Positions 43,726-60,163 of a stretch of DNA of 64,000 nt are shown here, piece after piece. The notes beneath the pieces are model-generated. The model worked only from the letters and a program-made list of their open reading frames with translations. It was not told where the DNA came from and searched no databases. Source of the stretch: the human T2T-CHM13v2.0 reference genome, Homo sapiens. The translations under genes and the position numbers were made by a program. Numbering within the stretch: position 1 is the stretch's first letter; each line of letters opens with the position of its first letter. The stretch lies in assembly GCF_009914755.1 (NCBI RefSeq), contig NC_060942.1; one strand, given 5' to 3'.

Positions 43726-44760
43726 ACTGGCCCAAGCTCTTCAAAAATGTCAATGTCATGATCAACAAATAAAGGCTAAGTAACTGTTTCAGATTAAAAG
43801 AGACTAAAGAGATATAACAACTGAATGCAAAGCATGATCCTGAACTGGATCCTGGATAGAAAAGAGCAAATAGTTACATGGATGGAATTAAAACCTTTGA
43901 TAGCATTTGAATATGGATTGTAAAGAAGAGTACTGCATCAATGTTAAACTTCCTGAATGTGATAATGTTGTAGTTTTTTTTTTTTAATGTAAGAGATTTG
44001 TCTTTCTTCTTAGGAATACTCAATGAAGTATTAATATTTAGGGACAGAGTGACAGGATGCCTGCAATTTACTTGGGAGTAATTAAGAACGATTAAGGGAA
44101 AAAAACTAATACATATGTAAATAACAACAAAGCAAATAATGCAAAATGTCAACCACTAATAACCTGAATGAAAGTTATAAGGGAGTCTTTTACACTATTC
44201 TTGAAAGTTTTCTGTAAGTTTGAAAATTATTTCATAATAAAAAGTTGTCAAAACTAATGGGAGGGGTTGCCTTCAGGTCCACGGTGAAATAAAAAAAATA
44301 GTAATAATGGAGGTGGGGCCCTGAAAATTAAGATCTGTTATTTAAAAACAAAATACAGGGCCATTGTTTGAATTACTAGACTAAATGTGCTTATATTCTA
44401 TTCATATTTACTATGAAAGTTTTTCAGTAAGATTAAGTATTATTTTAGGAAAAATAAGAAAGCATACTCAATGCTATCAGCAGCTGCTACACAACTCCAG
44501 AGGCCACCTTTTACATATTACAATATACCCTCGGAGCTCTGCAATGATATCCTGTTATAACAAATAAGAAAATATAGAGATATAGTTTCTCTACTCTTAA
44601 GCAAATCAATTCTTTTCATACCTATGAATTCTGGATTCAATATGGAATGTATGTGAGGAAACCCCAAAAACCATAACTGCATCTTAATACTCTGATAAAG
44701 GTGCTAATGAATTTTAAAATCAATTTATGTTCACTTTTAACTTTAATCATTCTTCTGTCA

Positions 44761-45180
<420 letters not shown>

Positions 45181-45224
45181 CCCACAAGTTCACCAGAAAG
45201 CTCCAAAGCAAACTATGTTATCAC

Positions 45225-45326
45225 CTGTTTCTGAGGATATGAAAAGGCTTCTTTTCCTATAGTGCGAAGAATAACATGATGTTGACCTTCCAAAATAAGC
45301 TGTTTACTGTCTTCCACAACGTATGC
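45225..45326 (-). CDS. TRAPPC8: TRAPPC8 coding exon (102 nt)
   Basis: TTTTAG|GCA...CAG|GTGATA; AYVVEDSKQLILEGQHHVILRTIGKEAFSYPQKQ. Confidence 0.93.
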
Positions 45327-48074
45327 CTAAAAAATGCAAAGTACAAAAACGTTACCGTGCTTGACAGTAACCTCTAAAGTAACCAACCCAATACTTGATA
45401 GAAAGTGGAAATATTATGGCCAATATCTATCAATTATTGACACTCCTGGCAATGTCACCATTTCTACTTTTAGTTATTCATTCAATCAATAAAGTATCTA
45501 TCCAAAAAACAAATCTTTTCACCTCAATATAACACAGTTGGCCTGGATATTTGAGAGAGATACATCATGAAATCCTTTCCAACATTCTTTAGAATTCTTA
45601 AGAAACTACTTTAAAAGAACTGTGCTATAACACAAGCTGTTTTCTTTATTGAACTACCAATATACAGCTAAAAGGCTTATTCTTACAGCCTAGCTTCTGA
45701 AATGTCCTAGGGTTTATCACACAGCTGAGCAAAATCAGTGAGTACAATCATAAATCCTGTAAGTGGAAATGTTATGTTCATAAATATAAATACATATGCT
45801 TTAAAAAAGGCTTTTTTCTTCCAATATAGTGAGCTGACTTTATCTATATTATAATACTTGTTCCAGTTTATAACTCTTCTCTCTCTTCAATTGCTTCTGT
45901 GTTGGGGAAAATATAATCTATAAATGGCTCTGATCTACTGTCATTATCACATTATGTGCAAACACAAAGGCTTAATTTTTTTGACAAGCCCGGTATTTTT
46001 ACTGTTAGGTTCAAAAAACATAAAATTACTCAGTCAAAATGCTATCAAAGTTTCTTCTTGTTTACTTTCAATTTCTATACTTATAATGGACTAATGACAG
46101 TTTGCCATCCACAGAACAAACTTTGAGTAGTGCTGCAGTAAGGCATAGGATGGCTCAGGACCTGTTCAGCGTCTATATTTGCAAAACCCAGAAAGGCAGG
46201 AGAAGTTAAACACCTGATAGGGTAATGTTTAATCAAGAAGGAATAAGAGCTGACAGATAAGGGTCTGAGACTTGTCAGATGTCTTTTCTGATGATGTTAT
46301 GGCATTGAGCGACAGTCACCCATAGCCATGGCTAATTCTATAATGCATCCTCCTGCTTGTGCAAAACCTTAGATTTTTAAAACTAACCTTTATTTTGGAT
46401 TAAAGTTGTTTAGGAGTTGTATTATGTCCCTTTTTCAACTGTTTTTCTTCACAAAAATGTTCAAGCTCTTGGTTTTCTCCTGAATCATATTTCATTCAAG
46501 AGTCCTATGCTTCCTGTGCATCTTACTCTACAACTTTAATGACTTTTCAAGTTTTCTTTAATCTAATGAATCATTTTTACATTATCCAGAACTCTAACTA
46601 AAACAAACAAAAATCTACCAGTCACTTTCTCCATTGAGTAAATTATAAACTTACCAGGGTACTAGCCACTACCAAACTTAATAACCCATTATTTAATGTA
46701 TTCAAACTTCCATTTCCCAGCCAAGGAGCATCACAATCTTAGATAACTTTCTTCTTTATGTGATTAGTGATACCAGCAGTGGGCTTTAGGTTCAGGGCCA
46801 TTTCTTAAAAGATAACACTTTTCCCCTCATCAAAGAATACCATGCACTTAACAATGAGTACAGAATACATTACACAAAACCTTGTCTCAGAAATATTATA
46901 GATTGCTACACGGCATAAACCTATTGAATGAAGACACAAATGCCAAAGATCGTTATACACTTATATAATATGATTCTAAAGTTCGGAAGAATTTGATTTC
47001 GCCAATAATGTATAACTGATCTTCTTAACATAAAATGCCTTCTATAATCAACAAAAGTATCAATTTACTTAGTAGATTTCATTTGAAACATGCAAAGTCA
47101 GCTTGGTTTCAAAAAAATGTTTATTTAAAAACATGGTTTAAAAAGAAACACTTCATAAAAACTTCTGAGTCAATTTAAAATACATGTATTGATCACCTAG
47201 TATGAACATGTCTCTTGCATCAAACAACACAAAATCAAAACCTTGTCACAAAGTTCGGGTGATTATTCTTGGACAAGATCCTTAATTTTACTGCAGAATA
47301 ATTTTTAAAAATAGGTAGTACATGCATATGATACAAAAGGGTGTAACGTAAGAATTAAGACTCCTTTGCAGTATAGTTCAGTTAACTTTAGGGAATACTA
47401 ATGTCTAAATAATCTCATTCTGGTCTGCCATGTGTGAACCTTATTTGGATCTGATTTTTTTTTAACAGGGTAAAATAGTATATTTAAATAATCTGGAAAA
47501 AACTGAACACAGACCATCAATTAGATAATTAAGAATTATTAATTTGGTTGGGAAAGATAATACTGTGCAGTTATATTAAACAAAAAAGTCTTCATCTGTT
47601 AAAAGTACATATAAAAGCATTTACAGATGAAATATGTCATTTTAAAAATACTACAGCAAAAAAATTAACAATAAAAGAGAAGAGAAGGTAAATGGATTAT
47701 ATGAAATATGAATAACAAAAAATTAATGGTTTTTGGAGCCAAGGTAGTGGATTTCCAGAGGTTCATGGTGCTATTTTTCCCTCTGTAGAATGTTTGGAAA
47801 TGCCCCGAACAGTTTAATACCACCTGCTTTCAGAGCTTATCATGTCTACAATATTCTCGGTAACACACAGAAATAACAGTAACACAGAAGAATGTTATCT
47901 AATTTGAATGAATTCTTTTTTTAGGCCAAAAAAAAATATGTAACTGTTAAAGTTTCAATATTGAAACTAGAAAAGATAAGCATAAAAAATATAAATAGTA
48001 ATATACGTTTGTGCTTAGCTTAAGACTCGAGTATCTATAAGTGAGGCTTGCTGAAATAATTTAGTAGCACATAC

Positions 48075-48248
48075 CTTCCATAATATGACAATATTCAAAT
48101 CTACCTCACTGCATTTTTGAATCAATCTCACAGCATCCTCTGTTGACTGTTTTTCTGTATGCACAGGCAAGTGAGCTTGTGGTTTTTTCAATTCAGAAGA
48201 TAAACTTCGATAAAAGAAGTCTGCACATGGGCTTGCTGAACTTATTAT
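48075..48248 (-). CDS. TRAPPC8: TRAPPC8 coding exon (174 nt)
   Basis: AACAG|ATA...AAG|GTATGT; IISSASPCADFFYRSLSSELKKPQAHLPVHTEKQSTEDAVRLIQKCSEVDLNIVILWK. Confidence 0.94.
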
Positions 48249-48431
48249 CTGTTAAAAGAAAATCACTTGTGTTCATAAATGCTTTTAATTATGTTGTCAA
48301 AATTTATTTTGTATAACTCAGTTTTAATTAAATATATCCTGCCAAAATTTTTATTTCTATAGCTTATACATACCCAAAATACTTATTCAATAATTCTTGT
48401 CAATGTAGTTGAATACAGGGAGGCCACTTGA

Positions 48432-48760
<329 letters not shown>

Positions 48761-50566
48761 CAAGTTACCCTGAATCTTAAAGCCGTCACCCCAAAATAAT
48801 TAAACTACGCTCCCATAACATTAGCTTTGACCTTCCAAGTATCTAGGGAGAATGAATGGGTATCACCAAGAAAATAAAAATAAAATGTTGAAAACCTGTA
48901 TTTTAAAATGACAGAAATATTTCTCATTTAAATCCAAGGCAATATCCAATGAAGCAGAATGCAAATAGAATTATTAGCATTAACTTGGCTTTCAGGCTTA
49001 AACAATGAAAGCATGAGATAAGAATTTTAAATGGACTCAATTACAGGATTTCCCTTAACTAATGAATATTATGCCACATAATAACATCTTTATATTTATG
49101 GTTTCCTGTATTACAGGCTATGTATATATCATGTAGATGTTAAACTTCAAGTTAATTATTAAATAAGTATTAAATATGAATATATACATTTTCTCCTTAT
49201 GAGCGAACTTCTTGTAAAACACTGTCCCCATAGTTTTCTCATTAATCTGTAGTGCTTGGCAAGTTCTATTTATTCAACCAGGTTCATCAAAATGAAAAAT
49301 GTGTTTCTTTCTGCCTTCACCAGTGCTCTTACACTAAATTATTTAACAACAAACACAATAAAAATTACAATACAAGAGTCCTGCTGATGTTTCTGGGATT
49401 TTAAAAGTTTTTAAAGAAATTTAAAAAAAAATAACTAAAGTCCTGAAAACTAAATTCAACTATTCAGGAAGCACAGTATCTCTGAAAGTAATGCATATTT
49501 TGAAATTACTGAGCTTTTGAAACTTGGAGATATTTCTAAATAGCTGTTTCCTCAAATGGTAAAAAGATAATGATGAGTCAGATGAAAGCAAATGATAAAA
49601 GAAGTACAAAAATATAAGGATGTTTAGAATTATCAAGGAGACGAGCAGAAAGAAGAAATCATCCCACTAATAGCACACAATTATATGAACTTTTACACCC
49701 CAGATTCAGCATTTTTCAAAGCAGGTCACTACTTCAGATTATCTTCAGGGATAGCTTAAAATGCATACTCCCAAAGTCCACCCAAGATATAATCAACCAG
49801 AGCTTTAGAGGTAGGGGAGGTAAAGCCTGTATTTTTACAAAATCTAGGTCCAATTATGGTCTGCAGGCTAATAATGTCAACCTCACCTAGGAGCTTGTAA
49901 CAATTTAGAACCTCAGGTTCTACCCAAGTCCTGTGGAATCAGAATTTGCATATTAACAAGATTTCTGATAATTTACATTGGACACATTTTGAAACTTTGA
50001 ATACCACTGTTCTAGGAGGCTCTTTTTTTTTTTTTCTTTTAAGAGACAGGGTCTTGCCTTGGTCTCTGACACCCAGTCTGGTCTTGAACTCCTGGCCTCA
50101 AGCAATCCTCCTGCCTCAGCCTCCCAAAGTGCTGAAATTACAGGCATGAGCCACCACATCTGGCCCTCTACGTAACTCTTATACATAATTAGGATGGAAT
50201 ATCACTGCCCTAGAGAGTAATAGCTTTAAAATCACAATGGAGTCTTATGTATCTACCTTATTATCTGGGTCTCAGAATATGATATGATATGATACGGTAT
50301 GCCAAAATTCAGAGGGTTATCATCTATATATTCCATTGTGACCACTTTCCCTAATAGAAAAGCTCCCTCATATAATCTTGCTTTTTAAAAAAAATATCCC
50401 AAGAACTATACTTACTTCATACGATAGTCTCAAAAGAAAGTTAATTTTAAATAACTACTTAAAATGGTATAGTCCATAAGCATTTTTGGTTTGTTTTGGG
50501 GACTGAAGGCAGGTTGCAAAACTCAATAAAGTTCAGATGTTTATTATCCTCCAAAGAGTCTGAGGA

Positions 50567-50859
50567 GGCTGGGTGCAGTGACTCACACCTGTAATTCTAG
50601 CACTTTGGGAGGTTGAGGCAGGCAGATCACTTGACCTCAGGAGCTGGAGACAAGCCTGGGCAACACAGTGAGACCCTGGTCTCTATAAAAAATAAAAAAA
50701 CTAGCCAGGTGTGATGGCTGATGCCTGTAGTCCCAGCTACTCAGGAGGCTGAGGGGGGAGGATCACTTGATCCTGGGAAGTCGAGGCTGCAGTGAGCTGT
50801 GATCACGCCACTGTACTCCTGGGAGACAGAGCAAGACCTTGTCTCCCCCCCAAAAAAAA
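50567..50859 (+). mobile_element. Alu (J-like)
   Basis: Diverged dimeric Alu. Confidence 0.9.
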
Positions 50860-50954
50860 GCGTTTGGGAATTACTGCGATAAGCCTTGCCAAAAATACCC
50901 AGATATGCTATAACTATGACTTAACATCAAACACTACTATGCTTACTTGCATAC

Positions 50955-51013
50955 CTGTTCATTTCCAAAGATGATATCTGCAAAGGTATATTTTTCAGAG
51001 GACTGTGTGGCCG
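50955..51013 (-). CDS. TRAPPC8: TRAPPC8 coding exon (59 nt)
   Basis: TTTAG|CG...CAG|GTATGC; AATQSSEKYTFADIIFGNEQ. Confidence 0.92.
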
Positions 51014-51103
51014 CTAAAAAACAGGGGAAAACAAACTAATCATATCATTGGCATAAAATATAAAATGACCATTTAGTAAAGTGTAAAAGTAAAGTGAATT
51101 TAC

Positions 51104-51172
51104 CTTCTTCTTTCTCACATCTTATTGCCTTAAAGCAAAACTTTCCCTTCTCCCTACTGGCAAGTTTGGTAT
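51104..51172 (-). CDS. TRAPPC8: TRAPPC8 coding exon (69 nt)
   Basis: CCTAG|AT...G|GTAAAT; DTKLASREKGKFCFKAIRCEKEE; followed by a 90-bp intron. Confidence 0.92.
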
Positions 51173-51683
51173 CTAGGAAGAAAAAGGGAAATTTCAAAGA
51201 TGTTTCTCAGTTCATCACATGATAAAAACCAATTCATTATTTAGACTTCCTTGGTCAAAATAGAAAATAATTCGTAATTATAAATAATGTTTAATGAAGA
51301 ACATCTTTGTTTTTATCTCAATGAAATGACCTCTTAAAAAGGATAAATTTCAATTTTCTCAAAATACATATCCATGTGTGCACATGTATATATATATATG
51401 TATTCATATATGCGACATTTCAGATAAACAGTAAGTTTGAAAGATCAGAACACAGGGACTGGAAAGCCCATAATCCTGCCACTCTACCACTTCTTCATTT
51501 CCTTTCAGTATGTTTCATATGCATGATTTATACCAACATTACTATACGAACACACTCTGCTATATGTTTTCCCATAATTGCAGGCACTTTTAAAATGGTA
51601 CTTTAAGTAATTTCTGGTACACATTCTTTTGTTTGAATGTTATATAAACATGACAATTCACAGAAAAGCCAGTCAGTACGTAG

Positions 51684-52089
<406 letters not shown>

Positions 52090-52357
52090 TGACAGTAATC
52101 ATGTACCCAAGCACTGATTTTACAATAAAAAACAAAAAGAAGAAAATACAAGTATAAAAGATGTGGGAGGGAATTTAAAAAATGGGAAAGACTGGATCAA
52201 GATAGGTAATTTGACTTACAGTTAGGTAAACTAATGAAATCACAATTTAATGCTTAAAAAAGTTAATCCTAATAATCTTAAGACATTCTGGTACTATTCT
52301 GGAAAACCAAGTAATGAAGTTTCAAAATTTATTATGTAGCAGGAAAAACAAACAAAC

Positions 52358-52454
52358 CTTTGTTTTCAGAAAGATTTACAGATTTCTGTAACTTCCAGTG
52401 TTTGCTACTACTTGATACTTGCACTATGTGGAATTCCTTAACGCCTGCTTCACT
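52358..52454 (-). CDS. TRAPPC8: TRAPPC8 coding exon (97 nt)
   Basis: GACAG|AGT...G|GTTTGT; SEAGVKEFHIVQVSSSSKHWKLQKSVNLSENK. Confidence 0.92.
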
Positions 52455-53195
52455 CTGTCAAAAAAAAAGATAGGAGTCATTCAGGATTTAGAAGCACTAA
52501 ATCAGAATGTTCCGATGAGAATAAAATTCAGACACTGCTACCAAAGTCAATGTCAATTAACATAAGATGCAATTACAATATACATTTCCAAAAACTTATT
52601 TAAATCCCTTTCTAAACACTTTCAGAGACATCAACATTTTGTCCAAGAAGTATTTTTGACTATAATGCATACTCAATGGTAAATTTTAAAATACTGAAAG
52701 CCACTGAGTTATTAAAGCCTATCACAATGAGCTATTGGTAGTATTTAAAAGATAAAAAATTGTCAATTTTTAATCAAAATTATGGCATTTTCTTTTTATT
52801 TCTCTACTCTGAGATATCTCATTCTTATTAGGCAAAAAAACAAGCAACAAAAACTCACATAACAGAATCCTAATATATGGTCAGTACACATGAAATTATT
52901 TAAGTAGCATGTATTTTTTTAATTCTCCTGAATAAAAGCTAATCTGAAATTATTAAAATATTCTCACTCTTACTATAAAAATATTGATTTTTGGGGGGAG
53001 ATCACCAAAGTACAGCACATTAGCCCTAAATATCCTAGAAAGCAGACACCTTACAAATTTAAGAAGTTAAAAGTAAAGAACATTACAGAATTAAGTAACA
53101 TTTCAAATAAGTACCTGAATTGAATCAATCTAATGCTAAGAGTCCTATTTCAAACATGAGAGATCACACTCTCATCTTTGAGAATACTCATTTTT

Positions 53196-53709
<514 letters not shown>

Positions 53710-54168
53710 TGTTCATTTTTATATTAGAGTGCATAAACAGGAATGGCAATATTTCAGAAATTTACTATATAAAGGAAATGGCACTGTTAGAAATGTGCAA
53801 GTGAAGATTACCAAGTTAATATTGAATGTGATATATTAACAGAACCTCACAATTTAGTAACACCAATGGATCTCAATGGTGAGACCTAGAAAGTATTTTA
53901 TGAGATCTTTTAGAATGAATTAATGGAACTATATAGCATATCAGTGTGTACCATATTAATATCAGAAGATCTTTTTATTTGAAGACAGACTAAGGGATAA
54001 AATCACAAATCTAATGAAGAATTAAGATGATTTCATACTATTCTACATGAACATTCCTAAAATCCCTAGCTTATGCTGTCTTGTAAAGGAAAACAAAAAC
54101 CACTACTAAACACAAGGGAAACACTTCAAATATAATTAAAAACAAAATTCAGTTTTAAACCAACTTAC

Positions 54169-54316
54169 AGTATTGGTATTTTCCACATCCACAAAGACTA
54201 GCATATTGCCTCCTCTGCCTTCTTCATTTTCAAGAGAATTACTTCTGCAGACAGTGGCCCGTACATTTAAAGACCGACTGGTACAAATAATTGCAGTGTG
54301 TCTTAATATTCTGTGC
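54169..54316 (-). CDS. TRAPPC8: TRAPPC8 coding exon (148 nt)
   Basis: TTCAG|G...ACT|GTAAGT; HRILRHTAIICTSRSLNVRATVCRSNSLENEEGRGGNMLVFVDVENTNT. Confidence 0.94.
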
Positions 54317-54621
54317 CTGAAGTTAAAAAAAAAAAAAAAAGCACATTTAAGCACAGAGTCTCTATGTTATAATTATCTAATTCCAAATAAAGATTTTAAA
54401 AACTGATCACTCTCAGGACCATTTATACTCTAAAAATCCATAGAATACATTAAGTAAAATTACATAGTTAGCCTAACTTCAGTTCAATTCTTTCTATCCA
54501 ATTTGGAAGGAAACTACTAGTCTCCCTGTCTAAGTTTTTGCCCTGCTTATCAAATTCATCTGTATAACACATAAAAATAATCTTCATATGGTAATGTTCT
54601 GATTGTGCTTCTTTCTCTCTC

Positions 54622-55034
54622 TTTTTTTTTTGAGACAGAGTCTTGCTTTGTCACCCAGGTGGGAGTGCAGTGGGGTGATCTCAGCTCACCACTGCAACCT
54701 CTGCCTCCCAGATCAAGCGATTCTCCTGCCTCAGTCTCTGAGTAGCTGGGATTACAAGCATGTACCACCACACCCTATAATTTTTGTATTTTTAGTAGAG
54801 ATGGGGTTTCGCCATATTCATCATCTTCATCATAAGGTGTCTGCTTTCTAGGATATTTAGGGTTAATGTGCTGTACTTTGGTGATCTCCCCCCAAAAATC
54901 AATCATATTCACCATCTTCATCAGCCATATTGGTCAGGCTGGTCTTGAACTCCTGACCTTAAGTGATCTTAAGTGAGGCCCACCTCAGCCTCCCAAAGTG
55001 CTGGGGTTATAGGTGTGAGCCACTGCGCCCAGCC
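54622..55034 (-). mobile_element. Alu interrupted by a 113-bp non-Alu insertion
   Basis: Alu sequence stops at GCCATATT (54818) and resumes at GCCATATTGGTCAGG (54924). Confidence 0.92.
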
Positions 55035-55315
55035 TTGCTTCTAATAGTGGTTCTGAAGCTACTGAATGACTACCAAATAAAGTTCAAACTTTAACCTGGT
55101 ATTCAAAACTCCTCACCATATATAAGCTTTACATTTCAAAGGTTTCTTCCTCTTTACTTCTTTTACAAAAATTTTACACTGTGGCTGAACTAACTACATT
55201 CAGTTTGTGTTCTCTAATCTGTAAATCTTTACAAATAAAATATATACAGCCGCTCCCTAGAATAATACCCACTACTCTCTTGCATATCCCTCCCTTGATA
55301 TTCAAATGCTAAAAT

Positions 55316-55450
55316 CTTTTTTTTTTTTTTTTTTTTTTTGAGACAGAGCCTTGCTCTGTCACCCAAGCTGGAGGACAACGGTATAATCACGGCTCTCTGT
55401 AGTCTTGACTTCCTGGGCTCAAGCGAATCTCCTGCCTCAGCCTCCCAAGT
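55316..55450 (-). mobile_element. Partial Alu (right arm)
   Basis: Poly-T plus antisense Alu 3' half. Confidence 0.88.
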
Positions 55451-56049
55451 TATTCCTAGTTAATTTTGTAAAAATGACAATGGAGGTATCAAAAGAAAAT
55501 ATTCTGTTGAACAAAATATAGGTCATAGATCCTGGATGAGCCAGTTAGCTTTGATTTCTTCAGTGATCATCTATTGTAACACCATTATAATCTTCTCTTC
55601 TGTAAATATGTACTGTTTTTCATACATTCTTGTGGGGCAAGGGGGAACACTAGGGAAAAGGTAAAACAAAACAATTTTCTTAAAAAAGGATGACTGAGAC
55701 GACCAGGCAGGTTGTCTTCATACATAAATGACGCCCTATTTTAATACATGGTACCTGTTAATTTCATTATTATGTGATAGCTCTGTCTACAGTACTTAAA
55801 TCGTATCAAACAATTGAGAAGTTTACAGACAGAAGCAACTAAAAAAATGTGTGCCGTTAAATTTTATTTTTTCATTTTTGGGTACCTAGAACTTACAGTT
55901 CTATTTGAGACAATTTCAGATATAAATATCCTGCATAATCTGGAACAGAGTAATTTCTTAACATGTTAGTAAATATCAAAATGTTTATCTGAATATGTGC
56001 ATATACATTGAACATAGATGTTAAATTTTATAAGTTTTATAATACTAAC

Positions 56050-56492
56050 CGTATTTTTGGCTGCTTTTTGACACTTTCATAGTAAAACAAAAAGTTAATT
56101 TCATGGACACCTTCTTCATCAGGCCCACGTAACCACATTGGCAGCTGCACTGAGGCTCCGGGTAGAAGAACAGTGTCAGGAAGGGGAACAGGAATCACCT
56201 CTGGTTGACTTCCTGTGCCAATGCCAAAGTCTACAGAAGAAGCTGATGATATGAGTGCTGTACACACAGAGGTAGCATCTGTCACAACAGTCTTGTAAGC
56301 ACTACAATTCTCAGAAGCTGAGGGACTTAGTGGTGTTAGAACAGCAGTATTACCACCGAAAGTAAAGAACTCTGGACGTTTAGAAACAACCTTCAATCCA
56401 GTAAGTGGACATTTGCTGACATTGACAAATTCTACATATGCTTTTCGGATTTCTCCACAGAGAAGCCCTGTAGGAAAATGTATAAAGAACAC
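56050..56492 (-). CDS. TRAPPC8: TRAPPC8 coding exon (443 nt)
   Basis: TGCAG|GTG...CG|GTTAGT; VFFIHFPTGLLCGEIRKAYVEF...LPMWLRGPDEEGVHEINFLFYYESVKKQPKI. Confidence 0.96.
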
Positions 56493-56952
56493 CTGCATTG
56501 GAGGGAAAAAATATTATTATTTGTCTGTTAAAAATTTTGAACCTCTAATGAATAACACTTTAAGACACTTTTTTTTTTTTTTACCAAAGGTTTACAAGTG
56601 TTTCATTAATTCTTTGGTATCTCCCTGAATATGTGGCAGTTAATGACTCCATTTTAGAAAATATGATGAGACAGAAGAATGTTACTCTGCCACTCAGTAG
56701 TGATTCTAGACTTATGAATTAAAGGTATACTATCAGTACACAAGAGGGCTAACATGTCAAAATTTCACAACTTGGTAGATTATGGACCAGAAAAGTTGAA
56801 AGTAATTTAACACGGCTATATGAAGTAAATATCAGTTTTATAACCCTTATAACTGTCAACTAAAGAAGCAGCTCAACTACTTATGTCTATATCATCAAGA
56901 TGAAAAGATATGCCAGATTTACTATGGGTTTTAAAGTGAAAGAATGGGCAGA

Positions 56953-57659
<707 letters not shown>

Positions 57660-58251
57660 CTAAGCAAGCAGGAAGATAAAGGTAACAATATGAGTGAAAT
57701 GTTCTAATAAAGTTATAGCTGGCAGTCACTTCATGAAATTCCAGTGAAAATATGTTTTTGAATCTAAATGTGAGTGGGACTTCATTATGGCCATATTCTT
57801 AAAAAGAAAAAAATCAGATGAAATTTGGGGACATTAGAAGCTTTAAAAATAAATGAGAAAACAAGGGATTAATGTAGAAATCCCGCACATAGATTTAATA
57901 GGATAAAAAAATAAGCTAGACATAGCATTATACTGAAGACACTGACTCTCTGTACTGATTAGTCAGTGTCAAGCTTATAGTCGAGCTAAAACTTGTGGAG
58001 GAATTATTAATTTTGTTATTACATCCAACACAGCTGCATTAACAAAAAGTGAAATAGAGTATTCAGTGTGTAAAAACACACTAAAATACATAGAGACACC
58101 TAGATACCATCAAGAAGGTTACAGCATTGGTAAAATGGTAACAGTGATAGAACACATAAAAGACTAGTGGTACCAACTATGTATAGGATCACATGTACCT
58201 TCAGAACACAGGTTTACTAAATACACTATTTTGACTCTTTAAGAAGAACAA

Positions 58252-58570
<319 letters not shown>

Positions 58571-60163
58571 TCAGTTGCTGAAAGTCCTTTTAAATAGTTG
58601 ATATTTGTGATAGCTTCAAATATAAATGGAAAACAAGACCAAGAACTCACTATCTCACTTCTAATTTATCCTGAAGATATACATGTGTGAGTACAAAATG
58701 ACATGCTTAGGATTATTCATTGTGGCTTTGCCTGTAACAGAAAATGACTAGACACAAATCAAATGGTCTAGTTGAATGATACATATATATAATAGTGCTT
58801 GTGCGTAAGAAATTAAAGGAGTTTGCTCTTTTCTCTGCTTCTCTACATGTTAAAATTATTCCTAACAGAAACAATTGTATTAAAAAAAAAAGATTTAGGG
58901 GGAAAGATTTCTAATCCACATAGCTCATTGTTTGAGTTCAGTATGCTATACACATAGTAGTATGCAAATGACTCTTATTTTTATCTTCTCTCAATGAGCT
59001 ACAGTAACTTTCATTCTCACCCTTGTTTGATAAATATATATTGTTACAGATTATTTCATCATACAGTATAGATGGGTAACTACTTCTACTATTCCCTTAA
59101 ACATCTCAAATTCCATAAAATATTTCTGAAATATTAGGCACAGGAATATTCTATGAATTTTTTCACCAGTTTTCATGTCTTCCACTGTCTGTCCAAATAT
59201 GATAAATGGTCTATTAGCTGACTTCCATCATAATCATACCACCTTGTTGAACTAACCAACTTCCCTATTCTCTTACAAGAAAATACTGAGTGATGTTTAT
59301 GGAACTGAACATCAGTGGCTTTAGGCTTTCTGTAATGCCCATCATATTCTCCTTTCAAGAGTCACTATCTATTCCCAAACTTGTTCACATAAATTAAGTA
59401 TTGTGTAAACTGCTTTCATCCATAGCTGAAAGTATAGCTTTTATCTGTAGATAAAAATCCAGACATACACAGTGTTTAGATTACTTGACAAACTGTCTAG
59501 ATTCTCACTCTGAAGAAACCAAAACTGGAAACATAAAGTGCAACTTATGGATGTAGTTTAATGCATGAAACAAGATGAAACTCCTATCAGGAAACCCATA
59601 CCAGCACTCATAGAAAAGGTCTCTGCTCTAAATCCACCCCCGCAGAAATGGTGAATAAATGTACATCAGTATGTTTTAAATTAAGGTAAAATGTTTAGGG
59701 TATGGATCTACTGATTTTTTTGTTTTTCACTTTACAAGCTTTGTTTCATCAACCAAACACCATTTTTGTTATGTAGAATAAGAGGCCCTCTGCTCTAAAA
59801 TACCCTCTTCAAGAACTGCCTCTATAACAAAATTTTTCTAAAATTGTGATATGCAAGAAGCAAAGTTAAATACAGACCTAGCAATATCAAAAACCAGATG
59901 AATGTAAATATAAAGACTGTTAAGTTCAACAGAGTTAAAAATCCAAGAAGATATCTGGTTTAAGCTTCTTTCCTAAGTGAAAAAACTTTCACTTAGAAAA
60001 TGAAGGCCAGATAATTAGGGATGAGGCTTAAACAATGTAAAAGTAAACCTCTATTCATAGGAATATGTTATTTGAGAAGCATTGCATTTAAAAACCATCT
60101 GTACATTTAACAATCTTAATAACTGAAGAATATTTAAATGATATGGCTTATTGAAAATCATAG

